Shown: in pieces, positions 49,701 through 57,617 of the stretch
Numbering within the stretch: the stretch's first letter is position 1
Layout: the number at the start of each line of letters is the position of its first letter
DNA from: an uncultured Bacilli bacterium
GTDB lineage: Bacteria; Bacillota_I; Bacilli_A; RFN20; CAG-826
Assembly: GCA_944327845.1 (NCBI GenBank)
Contig: CALVHN010000004.1
Location: 22,836-86,835 of the forward strand
Direction of reading: 5' to 3'
Length of the DNA stretch: 64,000 nt
Made by a program: the position numbers and the translations under genes
The notes under the pieces: model-generated
Seen by the model: the letters and a program-made list of their open reading frames with translations, nothing else
Told to the model about the DNA's origin: nothing
Databases searched by the model: none

Positions 49701-49779
49701 AGCATGGGGAGTATTTGTATTTTTAAGTAAAGATAAAACCAAAGAACCTAAAAAAGAAGAAGAAGTTTCATCAAATTAA
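46744..49779 (+). CDS. membrane-anchored GH3 beta-glucosidase, paralogue 2 (same permuted order)
   Basis: EGSVLVKN, NPSGKLTD, YPFGYGLSY, DGPA, HRSPFGGRNYE, KHL and nucleophile ILTDY. N- and C-terminal TMs. Confidence 0.93.
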   Translation: MTKKGKIINFAAIGVVAAIVVTLNVLCLSTFRDQIQTFLIGGGTANQETITQSKEEGEALAEDIVDEGSVLVKNENNTLPLSKQANNKVNVFGWGSSYWITGGSGSGRVVNTAGNLKAETDLLKALENENIEYNTDLTDFYVNYEANRPHYSTSEGTLNAYDYEYYRIIEPSMDEYGDNLLADAEEFSDTAIVVIGRAAGESSDAPKVQYKGNSTNSRVDDSTRHYLEISTEEEDLLEYVGSTFENVVVVINSTNTMELGFLDTIEGIDSCLIVGATGINAASGVVNVLYGDANPSGKLTDTYAYDMSTAASYINAGIEGENFYTNGNGLYPADGTTQGNLGHDGVRYPGVAYVDYQESIYVGYKWYETANTEGFWDDVDNEYGVGYEGVVQYPFGYGLSYTENFLWNITDISLPSGSNLTRDSEIEIEVTVTNDGTVAGADVVELYYTAPYYDGEIEKSSVNLIDFAKTPVLQPDQSVALTLSVSAYDMASYDCYDLNENDATTYELDQGEYQLSLRTDAHTIKEELEVNGLSAEEEPVLTYNLAQTEIFDTDPYTENKVTNHFTGENATDGCSIDGNSDTTNVEYLSRADFERTFPDELNSARALDDSQKEYNLYTSNHANDFINPDDEPVTFNSDETEHMLYDPAKNYEITELGLELGKNYDDPRWDEVLDQMSQDEMRNLVLHGYVGTRPVGSVGKPQFTDVDGPAQFGSFNLPRRGVGYPNATVLAQTWSKSLAYNYGIAMGEIARNLGYDGWYGPGMNLHRSPFGGRNYEYYSEDPILSGIMGANSVRGAKNRGVYSYLKHLAVYDQESYRDGLYTWLTEQAFRENFLKPFQMTVQEGGASGIMTSYNRVGGVWAGGSYALLTEVVKEEWGFKGTILTDYADHHSFMNMDHALRAGGDLWMDGFQSNGQFRFETQSNTFWQNMRRASKNILYTGVNAIYTAANPVGDNEESFIIGGRYVPNTSWMIAFYVLDPVIFIGLGAWGVFVFLSKDKTKEPKKEEEVSSN

Positions 49780-49808
49780 AATAGATAAATTTTCTTCCTA
49801 AAATAAGT

Positions 49809-49844
49809 CCTCTTACCTAGGTGTTCTAGGTAAGAGGTTTTTTT
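49809..49844 (+). terminator. intrinsic terminator of the glycosidase operon
   Basis: CCTCTTACCTAG/CTAGGTAAGAGG stem plus T7. Confidence 0.9.
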
Positions 49845-50118
49845 ATAATAAGAATGTAAATGTTAGTAAAATTCCACCTGAAATAATGATTTAAGATTTA
49901 TAAAAAGGATTAATAAATTATAAATATATATTAGATTAGAAGCTTTATTTTTAAAAAATATGTTAATTTAGCAAGCTTTATTTCATTAATTCTAAGAAAA
50001 ATTTATTTATTAACCTTAATTTAGTTTAAAAATTTTTAAAAATTAATTCTTAATATTTAAAATTTTAATATATTCTATTTTTCTTTAATTAAATTTATTT
50101 AATGTTTAAAATAATTCT

Positions 50119-50943
50119 ATGAAAAATATAAATGATTTTGATAAATTAATTTATTCTATTATTGGTACTGCTTTATTTTTTAGTTTACTTGTTTATGAAA
50201 GTTATGAAAATAGCGGAAAAGGATATGATTCAATTGGTTTTATTTTACCAACAATTATTGTTATTCTTTCTTTTATTGCTTTATTTGGTTTTGAAATATA
50301 TAAGGCTATAAAGAAAAATAATGAAAGGAAAAAAGAATTAAATAAATTAAATTTAGGAAGTTATGGACATAATAAAAATATAAAAATAAAAGAAATAGCT
50401 GGAAGTAAACAACTTTTTATTATGCTATATCTTTTTATATTTTTAACTATTGTAATGGGGATTATAATTCCTTTAGCAATAAATTATATGAATATAGCTT
50501 TAGGAGTAATTTCTTGCATTTTGTTTTTTGCTTGGTTTATTTTATTTTTAATTTTAATTTTATATCTTCAACAATATTATTATCTTAAGAAAAATATCTT
50601 AGATAATTCTGGAGATAAAATATATCGAGTTAGAATTAAAAATGTTCAATTGTTTAGCTATAACTTCAAGAAAAAGAATCGTAAAAATGACCTTGCTCTT
50701 ATGGTAGATTTTGTTAATAATGGTAAACCATTTTATTATTATGATGATTTTATTACTGGAGAAATAATTGATATCGATAATGAAATAAATGAAGAAGAGA
50801 ATGAATTTAGAATATTTACTTTATTTCCATTTAGAACTAAGAAAGTAAAAGAGCTATTATTTAAAGAAGGAAATGAAATTAGTTGTCGTTTAGTAAAATT
50901 AAACGATGGAAGATCTATTTTATTTATGATTTATGAAAAATAA
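50119..50943 (+). CDS. hypothetical membrane protein (4 TM plus soluble C-terminal domain)
   Basis: 274-aa ORF with four hydrophobic helices; no recognised motif. Confidence 0.7.
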   Translation: MKNINDFDKLIYSIIGTALFFSLLVYESYENSGKGYDSIGFILPTIIVILSFIALFGFEIYKAIKKNNERKKELNKLNLGSYGHNKNIKIKEIAGSKQLFIMLYLFIFLTIVMGIIIPLAINYMNIALGVISCILFFAWFILFLILILYLQQYYYLKKNILDNSGDKIYRVRIKNVQLFSYNFKKKNRKNDLALMVDFVNNGKPFYYYDDFITGEIIDIDNEINEEENEFRIFTLFPFRTKKVKELLFKEGNEISCRLVKLNDGRSILFMIYEK

Positions 50944-50950
50944 TTAAAAA

Positions 50951-50964
50951 TTAGCAAGGTTTTT
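50951..50964 (+). repeat. dispersed motif TTWGCAAGGHTTTT
   Basis: TTAGCAAGGTTTTT, 7 nt after the stop at 50943. Confidence 0.5.
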
Positions 50965-51022
50965 TATAAAAAATACTAAATTTAAAAAGATAAATTTCAA
51001 TATTAAAATTAATAAAGAAAAT

Positions 51023-51059
51023 AAAAAAGGCGAAGCTTATTAACTTCGCCCTTTTCTTT
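51023..51059. terminator. bidirectional intrinsic terminator
   Basis: A-run, GGCGAAG/CTTCGCC stem, T-run, between convergent genes. Confidence 0.8.
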
Positions 51060-51074
51060 ACTTTAATTATTCTT

Positions 51075-53894
51075 TTATAAAGTAAAATCACCTAAAGAGG
51101 TTGTAGTGTAGCTACCTTTATTAATTGTAAATGTTGCTCGATATTGATTACCACTTGTTCCATAAGGTTGAATACTAATATTGGTAATATAATTGTTTTG
51201 AGAAACAACATTACTTATTGTAATTGGATTATATAATTCAGGATTATATTGATAAGTATAATTAAATGTTAAATTATCTAAAACTGATCCATCATAATTT
51301 GTAATTACTGCTTTAGCATCAGTTTCATTAAAGGTGATATTAGCTGATTTTCTTGAACCATCATAGAAATCGATATTAACAGATCTTCCATTTAATGAAG
51401 TAACATCTACATCTTTAGTAAAGGTGAAATAATTAAATAAGAATTCATTATCATCTGGATTACTTTCATCACCTTTACTAGGCCTAATTCTTAAATTAAG
51501 TTGAATATTTGCAAAATCTTTATCAAATAAGATATCCCCTTCATGTAACGCATCAAAGTAGAAGTTTTCATTTTGGAAGGTATGTCTATTTTCAAGATAA
51601 ATTCGACCATCAGCAAGTTTATATTCAACTTGTTCAGTGATAGTTTCTCCTAAAGAATCTGTAGCAGTAAGGTTAAAGATTGCATCATTAATAAATTCAA
51701 CTTCGAAGTTATTAGTTCCTGTATGATAAGTGAAAGTTTCTCCAACAATATTTTCTTCAATTTCTTGAGGAGGTAATAAATCTAAAACATTTAAAGTATA
51801 AGTCCCAGTATATAATGTTTCATTTGATTCATATCCAACAATACCAAATCTAAAAGTATAAGAACCAACATTGTTAGCAGTTAAAATATAAGAACCTTCT
51901 GGATAATCATAATCAACAGTATCTGAACCTTCTTTATAAACAATTTTAACTAAATTTAATCCGTTTTCTGGGCCGTTTATAATATCAATAAAATATGTAT
52001 AAGTTAAATCATCTGGTTCAGTATTTAACCAGAAGTAAGAAGTATGACCATTTAAGAAAATATCCGGGAATTGGTTAGTATTTATTAAATTTGCATTAGT
52101 TGTATCAATGATAATACTTTCTAAAGTTGTTTTAGTCCAATTGATAACTATTTGATAAGTAAAGTTATTTTCATTTGATCCTTGCGAGCTAAAAGTAATG
52201 GTTTCTGTTGTTGCAATATAAGTTCCTTCTATGTTTTGAGGAGCATTAATTGAAACAATTCCATTTATTGGATGAGAAGTTAATGTCTTATCATTTGTTA
52301 CTGTTTGATCTTCAAAGTTTCTTGTACCAACTATTGGATCAAATTGGAATGATCCGGTTGTAGGTGCAAAATCAGAAACTTGTAAAGGGATAGATTTTGA
52401 ATAAGGGACAGTATAAACTGTTCTTCCCTCATCATCTATTGAAACTTCATTCGGTAAAGCTCCACCATATTTAGTTGTATTAGTGAAGTCATAACCATCT
52501 CCAGAAGTTCCACTAATACATCTCATAGTAAATGAATTAATATAATATTTATTTAAATCCATTGTTCCTTCATCAGGAGTTTTTGTACCATAAGTAAAAT
52601 CTGAACCAACTTCTTGATAGATTATTGTTTCGTTTTCTGAATATGTATACTCATAACTTGTTAATTGATAGTTTGAATTGTATTCAATATTAAGAGTAAG
52701 TGTACAATTTTCTTCTTGATTAGTATAATCAGCAAAATTTGAAGTTAAATTCATTGAACTATCGTTAAAAGTAAAGATAGTATTTGCTCTAACATCAAAA
52801 TTACCAAACGCAACATTACCTTGATATACATCAGATGTAATCATTGATAGCAATTTAGCATTTGCTAAACCATAATGAGCAGTATAATCATAGTAAAAAT
52901 GAGGTCTAGAAGCTTTTGTTTTAATTGATTCTAAATCAGTATAAGTTGAAGAATCATATAAAGTTTCAAGGTTTCCTGTAGTTTCATCATAACTAAAATA
53001 ATAAAATTTATTAATATTTTGATCTAATCCAGCATAAGTTGAAGTAGTAACACCATTAGAAATATTTTGGTGATATGTACTATTTTCATAAACTTGGAAT
53101 GTATCAGTTGAAGTTAAAGAATTAGATCTAGTAGTAGTAATAGTTGCTGATAAAAGATTTGCTTCAGCATCATCAATATTAGTAATTGTTTCTTGAGCTT
53201 CAGCAAATTTTTCTTCGTTTAAATCATAAGAAGTTACGGTAATTGAAGTTCTTAAAGAATTAGTAGCTGAAGCTTCATAATATGCAGTAAGAGTTAAAAG
53301 GAATTTTTCAAATGTTTTAGTAGTAGTGATATCTGCATAAGTCATATCGTCACTATATTCAATTTGAGCAACACTTCCCAATCCTTCTTCATCAGGGAAA
53401 GCAAAAGCAATTGAAGAAGGTTTACTTGCATCATTTGGAGATAATGAATAACTAACTCTAAAAGTTTGACCAGCTGGAATATTATATGTTCCATCTTCAC
53501 TTTGATAGATATTTTCATTTTGATTAGTATCTAAAACGATACTAATTCCTGTTGCATTATTTCCTCTAACTTCAATTTCCCAAGTTCCTTTAATATTTGA
53601 ATCACTTAATAAAGAAGCAGTTATTGTTACTTTTCCTGCAGAAACTCCAGTTACAACACCATTTAAATCAACAGTAGCAACACTTGAATCGCTACTTAAC
53701 CAACTTAAAGGTTCAGTGGTATTAGTTGTTAAAGGAATTGTTGCACCAACTCTAACTGTTCTTGGACCAGAGATAGTAATACTTGTTGGAGTAGATGGTG
53801 TTTCAGTTTCATTGTTATCACAAGCAACTACAGCAAAACCAAACGAAGTGATACATGCTATACTTAAAGCAAATAATAATCCTCTTTTTTTCAT
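51075..53894 (-). CDS. large lipoprotein with Big_2 Ig-like domain
   Basis: Lipobox VVA-C; WLSSDSSVATVDLNGVVTGVSAGKVTITA; SD GGAGG. Confidence 0.8.
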   Translation of the reverse strand: MKKRGLLFALSIACITSFGFAVVACDNNETETPSTPTSITISGPRTVRVGATIPLTTNTTEPLSWLSSDSSVATVDLNGVVTGVSAGKVTITASLLSDSNIKGTWEIEVRGNNATGISIVLDTNQNENIYQSEDGTYNIPAGQTFRVSYSLSPNDASKPSSIAFAFPDEEGLGSVAQIEYSDDMTYADITTTKTFEKFLLTLTAYYEASATNSLRTSITVTSYDLNEEKFAEAQETITNIDDAEANLLSATITTTRSNSLTSTDTFQVYENSTYHQNISNGVTTSTYAGLDQNINKFYYFSYDETTGNLETLYDSSTYTDLESIKTKASRPHFYYDYTAHYGLANAKLLSMITSDVYQGNVAFGNFDVRANTIFTFNDSSMNLTSNFADYTNQEENCTLTLNIEYNSNYQLTSYEYTYSENETIIYQEVGSDFTYGTKTPDEGTMDLNKYYINSFTMRCISGTSGDGYDFTNTTKYGGALPNEVSIDDEGRTVYTVPYSKSIPLQVSDFAPTTGSFQFDPIVGTRNFEDQTVTNDKTLTSHPINGIVSINAPQNIEGTYIATTETITFSSQGSNENNFTYQIVINWTKTTLESIIIDTTNANLINTNQFPDIFLNGHTSYFWLNTEPDDLTYTYFIDIINGPENGLNLVKIVYKEGSDTVDYDYPEGSYILTANNVGSYTFRFGIVGYESNETLYTGTYTLNVLDLLPPQEIEENIVGETFTYHTGTNNFEVEFINDAIFNLTATDSLGETITEQVEYKLADGRIYLENRHTFQNENFYFDALHEGDILFDKDFANIQLNLRIRPSKGDESNPDDNEFLFNYFTFTKDVDVTSLNGRSVNIDFYDGSRKSANITFNETDAKAVITNYDGSVLDNLTFNYTYQYNPELYNPITISNVVSQNNYITNISIQPYGTSGNQYRATFTINKGSYTTTSLGDFTL

Positions 53895-53910
53895 AAAAAT
53901 CCTCCTAAAA

Positions 53911-55929
53911 TTAAATATTTTGTGAAATATAGTTTTCTAAATACTCAAAAGATGTGTTTCCAATATCATAGAAAGTTGATCTAATTGCACTTTCTTGTAA
54001 GCTTGATGTTATAAATGAAACAACTAAACTTACTCTAGTATCATAAGGATCTTCTCCATCTGAAACAATAAATCCAGATCCTAAAGCTCTTAAACTTGAA
54101 TCGCTTGGATAGAAATAATTTAACATATTTGTTCCAAATGAATCAGAAGTATTTCTCCAATAATTTACTGTATCAAGAGCAGTTGCGATTTGATAATTAT
54201 CATAGTTATAAATATCATCTGTTTTATGAGAGACATAGAATAAATCATTGCTTGCACCTTGATAAGTTCCACATCCTGGAAGAGTCATTGGATTAGTACC
54301 AGTTGCATGGTCAATTGAACGATCAATATTGATTTCTGAAGGATCGGTTGAATTTTCAGGATATGTTAAATTAAATTCATAGATATGGTTATCGATTTTA
54401 ATATAACCATAATTTTGATTTTTATAATATTGGCTATAAGGTTCAACATAATAATAATCAGGAGTATAATAAACTTTAGCGTGACCATAACCAGTCATTG
54501 TATCCATTGAATAATTACCTGCTTTAAATTTCTCTAAAACAGTTTCTAATACTTCTTTATTTTGAGTAGTTGGATCTTCACCAATATTTAAATAACGATC
54601 AACTGCTTTAAAACTAATTTCATTTACATTACTGAAAGAAGCTTTAAATATTCCTTTATCATAATTTGTTGTACGATCGATTATATGGAAATTTAAATCG
54701 AATTCATGTTTTTCTAAATCGGTTATTTCTAATTCTAAACGATCGCAATATCTTGTTTCAGTATCAGTTTCAAAGAAACAAATATATGAAAGAACATATA
54801 TTAAATAAGAATCAGTAAGAATATAAGTATTTTCTTTTGTATCATCTTTATATCCAATAAAGGAAGAGAAATTTAAAGAACTCATAGGATAAGCAAAATA
54901 ATTTCCATATAAACTTTGAATTGCATTCATTTCTTCATCCATTGGAGTAGAAGTAATTTCAAGTTTATCATAATTTATTGAATCTAACGAAAATTGAGCA
55001 ACGCCATATCCTGTTTGCATTTGTCCATAAGTTGAACCTGCATTTGCTCCACTAATATTGTCATAAACAATTGCATTTTCTGTAAAATATTGGTCAAAAA
55101 TAACATCAGAATATCCACTTTGTGCACTGTCTCGATAATTAGTTGCATCAAGATGTGTTTTAAAATTATTATTAGCTAAATAAGGAGCAATAGTAGTATA
55201 AAAAGTACGATCTAAAGGATCTTTTGCACCTTTTCCTGAATCTAAATAAGATTTAATTTTAGCATTATTTGTTGAATTAATACCATAAATTGTAACTGAA
55301 ACGGCATCGTAAATATTTTCACCATAAACTGTAAGTAAACTTTCAACTTGAATAGTATTATTAACTATTTCAAATGTTAAGGATTCTGGTTGAACTAAAG
55401 GATCGGGGTTATAAGTTTTTCTTAATAAAACTTCATTTATTAATCGATCATTATTTTTATTACCTTCAACATTAAATTCGTAATGATAAAGTCCATCATT
55501 ACTTGGCGTAGTTGGTAATTTTGTATAATCAAAATCTTCAAATCCATTTCTTAGATCATAAACTGATTCATATCTCACCCCAGTTTCTTGATTAATTAAA
55601 GGAGAAGAAGATACGATTTGATCATCAACAATGTTATAAGAAAATATAAGATCACCTTTTTGAGCATAGCCATTAAAACCTAAATCTCCATCTGATTCTA
55701 AAGAATAAGGAGTGTAAAAAGTATCTTGATGTCTTTCTACTCCATTATTTGCATAATAATCATCATAAGATAATGAGAAATTATTATTAGTTAATTCTTT
55801 AAATAATGTTTGAAGTTCTCCAACTGGATCAGGCATAGTATTTTCTGTTTCTTTAGTTGCATTATCACATCCAATTAAAGTTAAAGTAATTGTTGTTAAA
55901 CTTAATAAAGTAAGAAGTTTTCTTTTCAT
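53911..55929 (-). CDS. lipoprotein with three ~210-aa repeated domains
   Basis: Lipobox LIG-C; recurring N(F/Y)(S/K)...(F/Y)(Y/F)T...G-aromatic starts and similar domain ends. Confidence 0.8.
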   Translation of the reverse strand: MKRKLLTLLSLTTITLTLIGCDNATKETENTMPDPVGELQTLFKELTNNNFSLSYDDYYANNGVERHQDTFYTPYSLESDGDLGFNGYAQKGDLIFSYNIVDDQIVSSSPLINQETGVRYESVYDLRNGFEDFDYTKLPTTPSNDGLYHYEFNVEGNKNNDRLINEVLLRKTYNPDPLVQPESLTFEIVNNTIQVESLLTVYGENIYDAVSVTIYGINSTNNAKIKSYLDSGKGAKDPLDRTFYTTIAPYLANNNFKTHLDATNYRDSAQSGYSDVIFDQYFTENAIVYDNISGANAGSTYGQMQTGYGVAQFSLDSINYDKLEITSTPMDEEMNAIQSLYGNYFAYPMSSLNFSSFIGYKDDTKENTYILTDSYLIYVLSYICFFETDTETRYCDRLELEITDLEKHEFDLNFHIIDRTTNYDKGIFKASFSNVNEISFKAVDRYLNIGEDPTTQNKEVLETVLEKFKAGNYSMDTMTGYGHAKVYYTPDYYYVEPYSQYYKNQNYGYIKIDNHIYEFNLTYPENSTDPSEINIDRSIDHATGTNPMTLPGCGTYQGASNDLFYVSHKTDDIYNYDNYQIATALDTVNYWRNTSDSFGTNMLNYFYPSDSSLRALGSGFIVSDGEDPYDTRVSLVVSFITSSLQESAIRSTFYDIGNTSFEYLENYISQNI

Positions 55930-55943
55930 ATAATTTCTCCTTT

Positions 55944-57614
55944 TTAAATATAATCTGCAAGGAAATCACTTGTATTTTGGTGATTTGTTACTCCAAAATT
56001 ATCAAAATTATAAGCAACATTATGAATTCCCGTAACACCTTTTAAAGTACCAAAAACATCCAAAGATAAAGTAATTGAGTTAACTATAGAGTTATCATAA
56101 GTAAAATCAAGATTAGCTTGTAAAATATCATCCATCCAAGTAGTTGTAGGTTGGAATCCCCAACCAAAAATTCCATTAGCTAAGGCACTAATTATATCTG
56201 AATTTGTTGAATGGTAACTTGTTGTTTCAGCTAAGCTCATATCATCTTTTTCAAAAAGCATGCTTCCAAATATTGGTAAAATTGTAGCAGATGGATAGAA
56301 AGTTGCGCCGGTATTATAAACATAAAAATCTCCGATGCTATCGTACCAATCTTGAATAAAGGTGAAAGAATATGAACCTCCAGTTGTTTCTAAATATTCA
56401 TAAACATCATATCCACCATTTTCATTATCTGGAACGATATAAAGAACATTAGTTTCTCCAGTTGCTGGTAATTTCTCAACACACATATAATCAGTTGTTT
56501 CGCTTTCAAGAGGTCCGATAATATTTACAAAATGATAGTTTCCATCTGGATCAATTTGAAATTCATAAGCAGCATCATAATCTAAAGTTGAAACTCTTGA
56601 ATTTTCATAAGTTCCATCTTGATTTATTGTTTCAATTTGAACTGGTTTATTTCTTTTAACAAAAGCAAAACCAAAATCATTGTAACCAGATGCATTATTT
56701 TCACTAGAATAATCATATAAAAAGTAATCGTTAGTACAATAAATTGTTGTATTTTGATTTTCTACTTGATTATTTGAATAAGTAATTGTTAATCCATGAA
56801 TTGTAAAGTTATTTGAATTGAATTGATTTAATGCTGATTGAACATTACTATAACTTGCAACACCTTTTAAAGTTCCATTTTTAGCTTCTTCACTAACAAA
56901 ATCAATTTTAGTTTCATTAAGTGCATTAAATGTTCCAGTGATTGAACCATAACCCCCTAAATCTAATGTTGTATTAAAAATAAGATCATCTAAGCTAACA
57001 ATTTCAATGGTAAATGTTTGAATATAACTCGCAATTGATGAACCATAAGTCGACATATATTGAAAAACAGACATAACATTGGAGTCGGTAATAATATATG
57101 TATTAATTCCGGTTTGAACGTATTCTAAGTTATTTAAAACATTCTTTAAAATGTTGATATTTGCAATAGTTGCAGCAGAATATAAACCTTCAACTGGTCT
57201 AAGTTCGTTATACCCAGAATATTCATAAATTGATGGATAAGCATTATTTTCATCTTCGGAAAGATAATATTTAAACATATAATTTGTTGAAATTTCTTCG
57301 GCATAACCGAAAGAATTTTGAGAATCTTCATATTCTACATACCAGGCTTTTGGAGCAAAGTATTGAGTGAAGTTTTCTTGAGTTGAACCAACATTTACCT
57401 CAACTTCATAAGAATATTTTGTTAAATCTTTAACGGAGTTTAATAATTCAGGTAAATGATCTTCATAGGTAACTTGAAAGTCATCTTCACTGGCATTACC
57501 TTCTAAGCCTCCTCCATAAGAAGGAGATTCTGGATCTAAAGTAACAGTAGTTGTATTACATCCTGTAAGTAAAAGTAATAAAGAAGAGACAAGTAAATAT
57601 TTTAATTTTTTCAT
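55944..57614 (-). CDS. lipoprotein with two repeated domains (related to the neighbour)
   Basis: Lipobox LTG-C; FTQYFAPKAWY...SFGYAE and NNFTI...IYCTNDYF...DFGFAF units. Confidence 0.8.
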   Translation of the reverse strand: MKKLKYLLVSSLLLLLTGCNTTTVTLDPESPSYGGGLEGNASEDDFQVTYEDHLPELLNSVKDLTKYSYEVEVNVGSTQENFTQYFAPKAWYVEYEDSQNSFGYAEEISTNYMFKYYLSEDENNAYPSIYEYSGYNELRPVEGLYSAATIANINILKNVLNNLEYVQTGINTYIITDSNVMSVFQYMSTYGSSIASYIQTFTIEIVSLDDLIFNTTLDLGGYGSITGTFNALNETKIDFVSEEAKNGTLKGVASYSNVQSALNQFNSNNFTIHGLTITYSNNQVENQNTTIYCTNDYFLYDYSSENNASGYNDFGFAFVKRNKPVQIETINQDGTYENSRVSTLDYDAAYEFQIDPDGNYHFVNIIGPLESETTDYMCVEKLPATGETNVLYIVPDNENGGYDVYEYLETTGGSYSFTFIQDWYDSIGDFYVYNTGATFYPSATILPIFGSMLFEKDDMSLAETTSYHSTNSDIISALANGIFGWGFQPTTTWMDDILQANLDFTYDNSIVNSITLSLDVFGTLKGVTGIHNVAYNFDNFGVTNHQNTSDFLADYI

Positions 57615-57617
57615 AAA

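Noticed and set aside
33671-50964. TTWGCAAGG motif as the -35 box (TTGCWA) of antisense promoters
   Set aside because: No convincing -10 hexamer at 16-18 nt spacing on the minus strand for the three exact copies.
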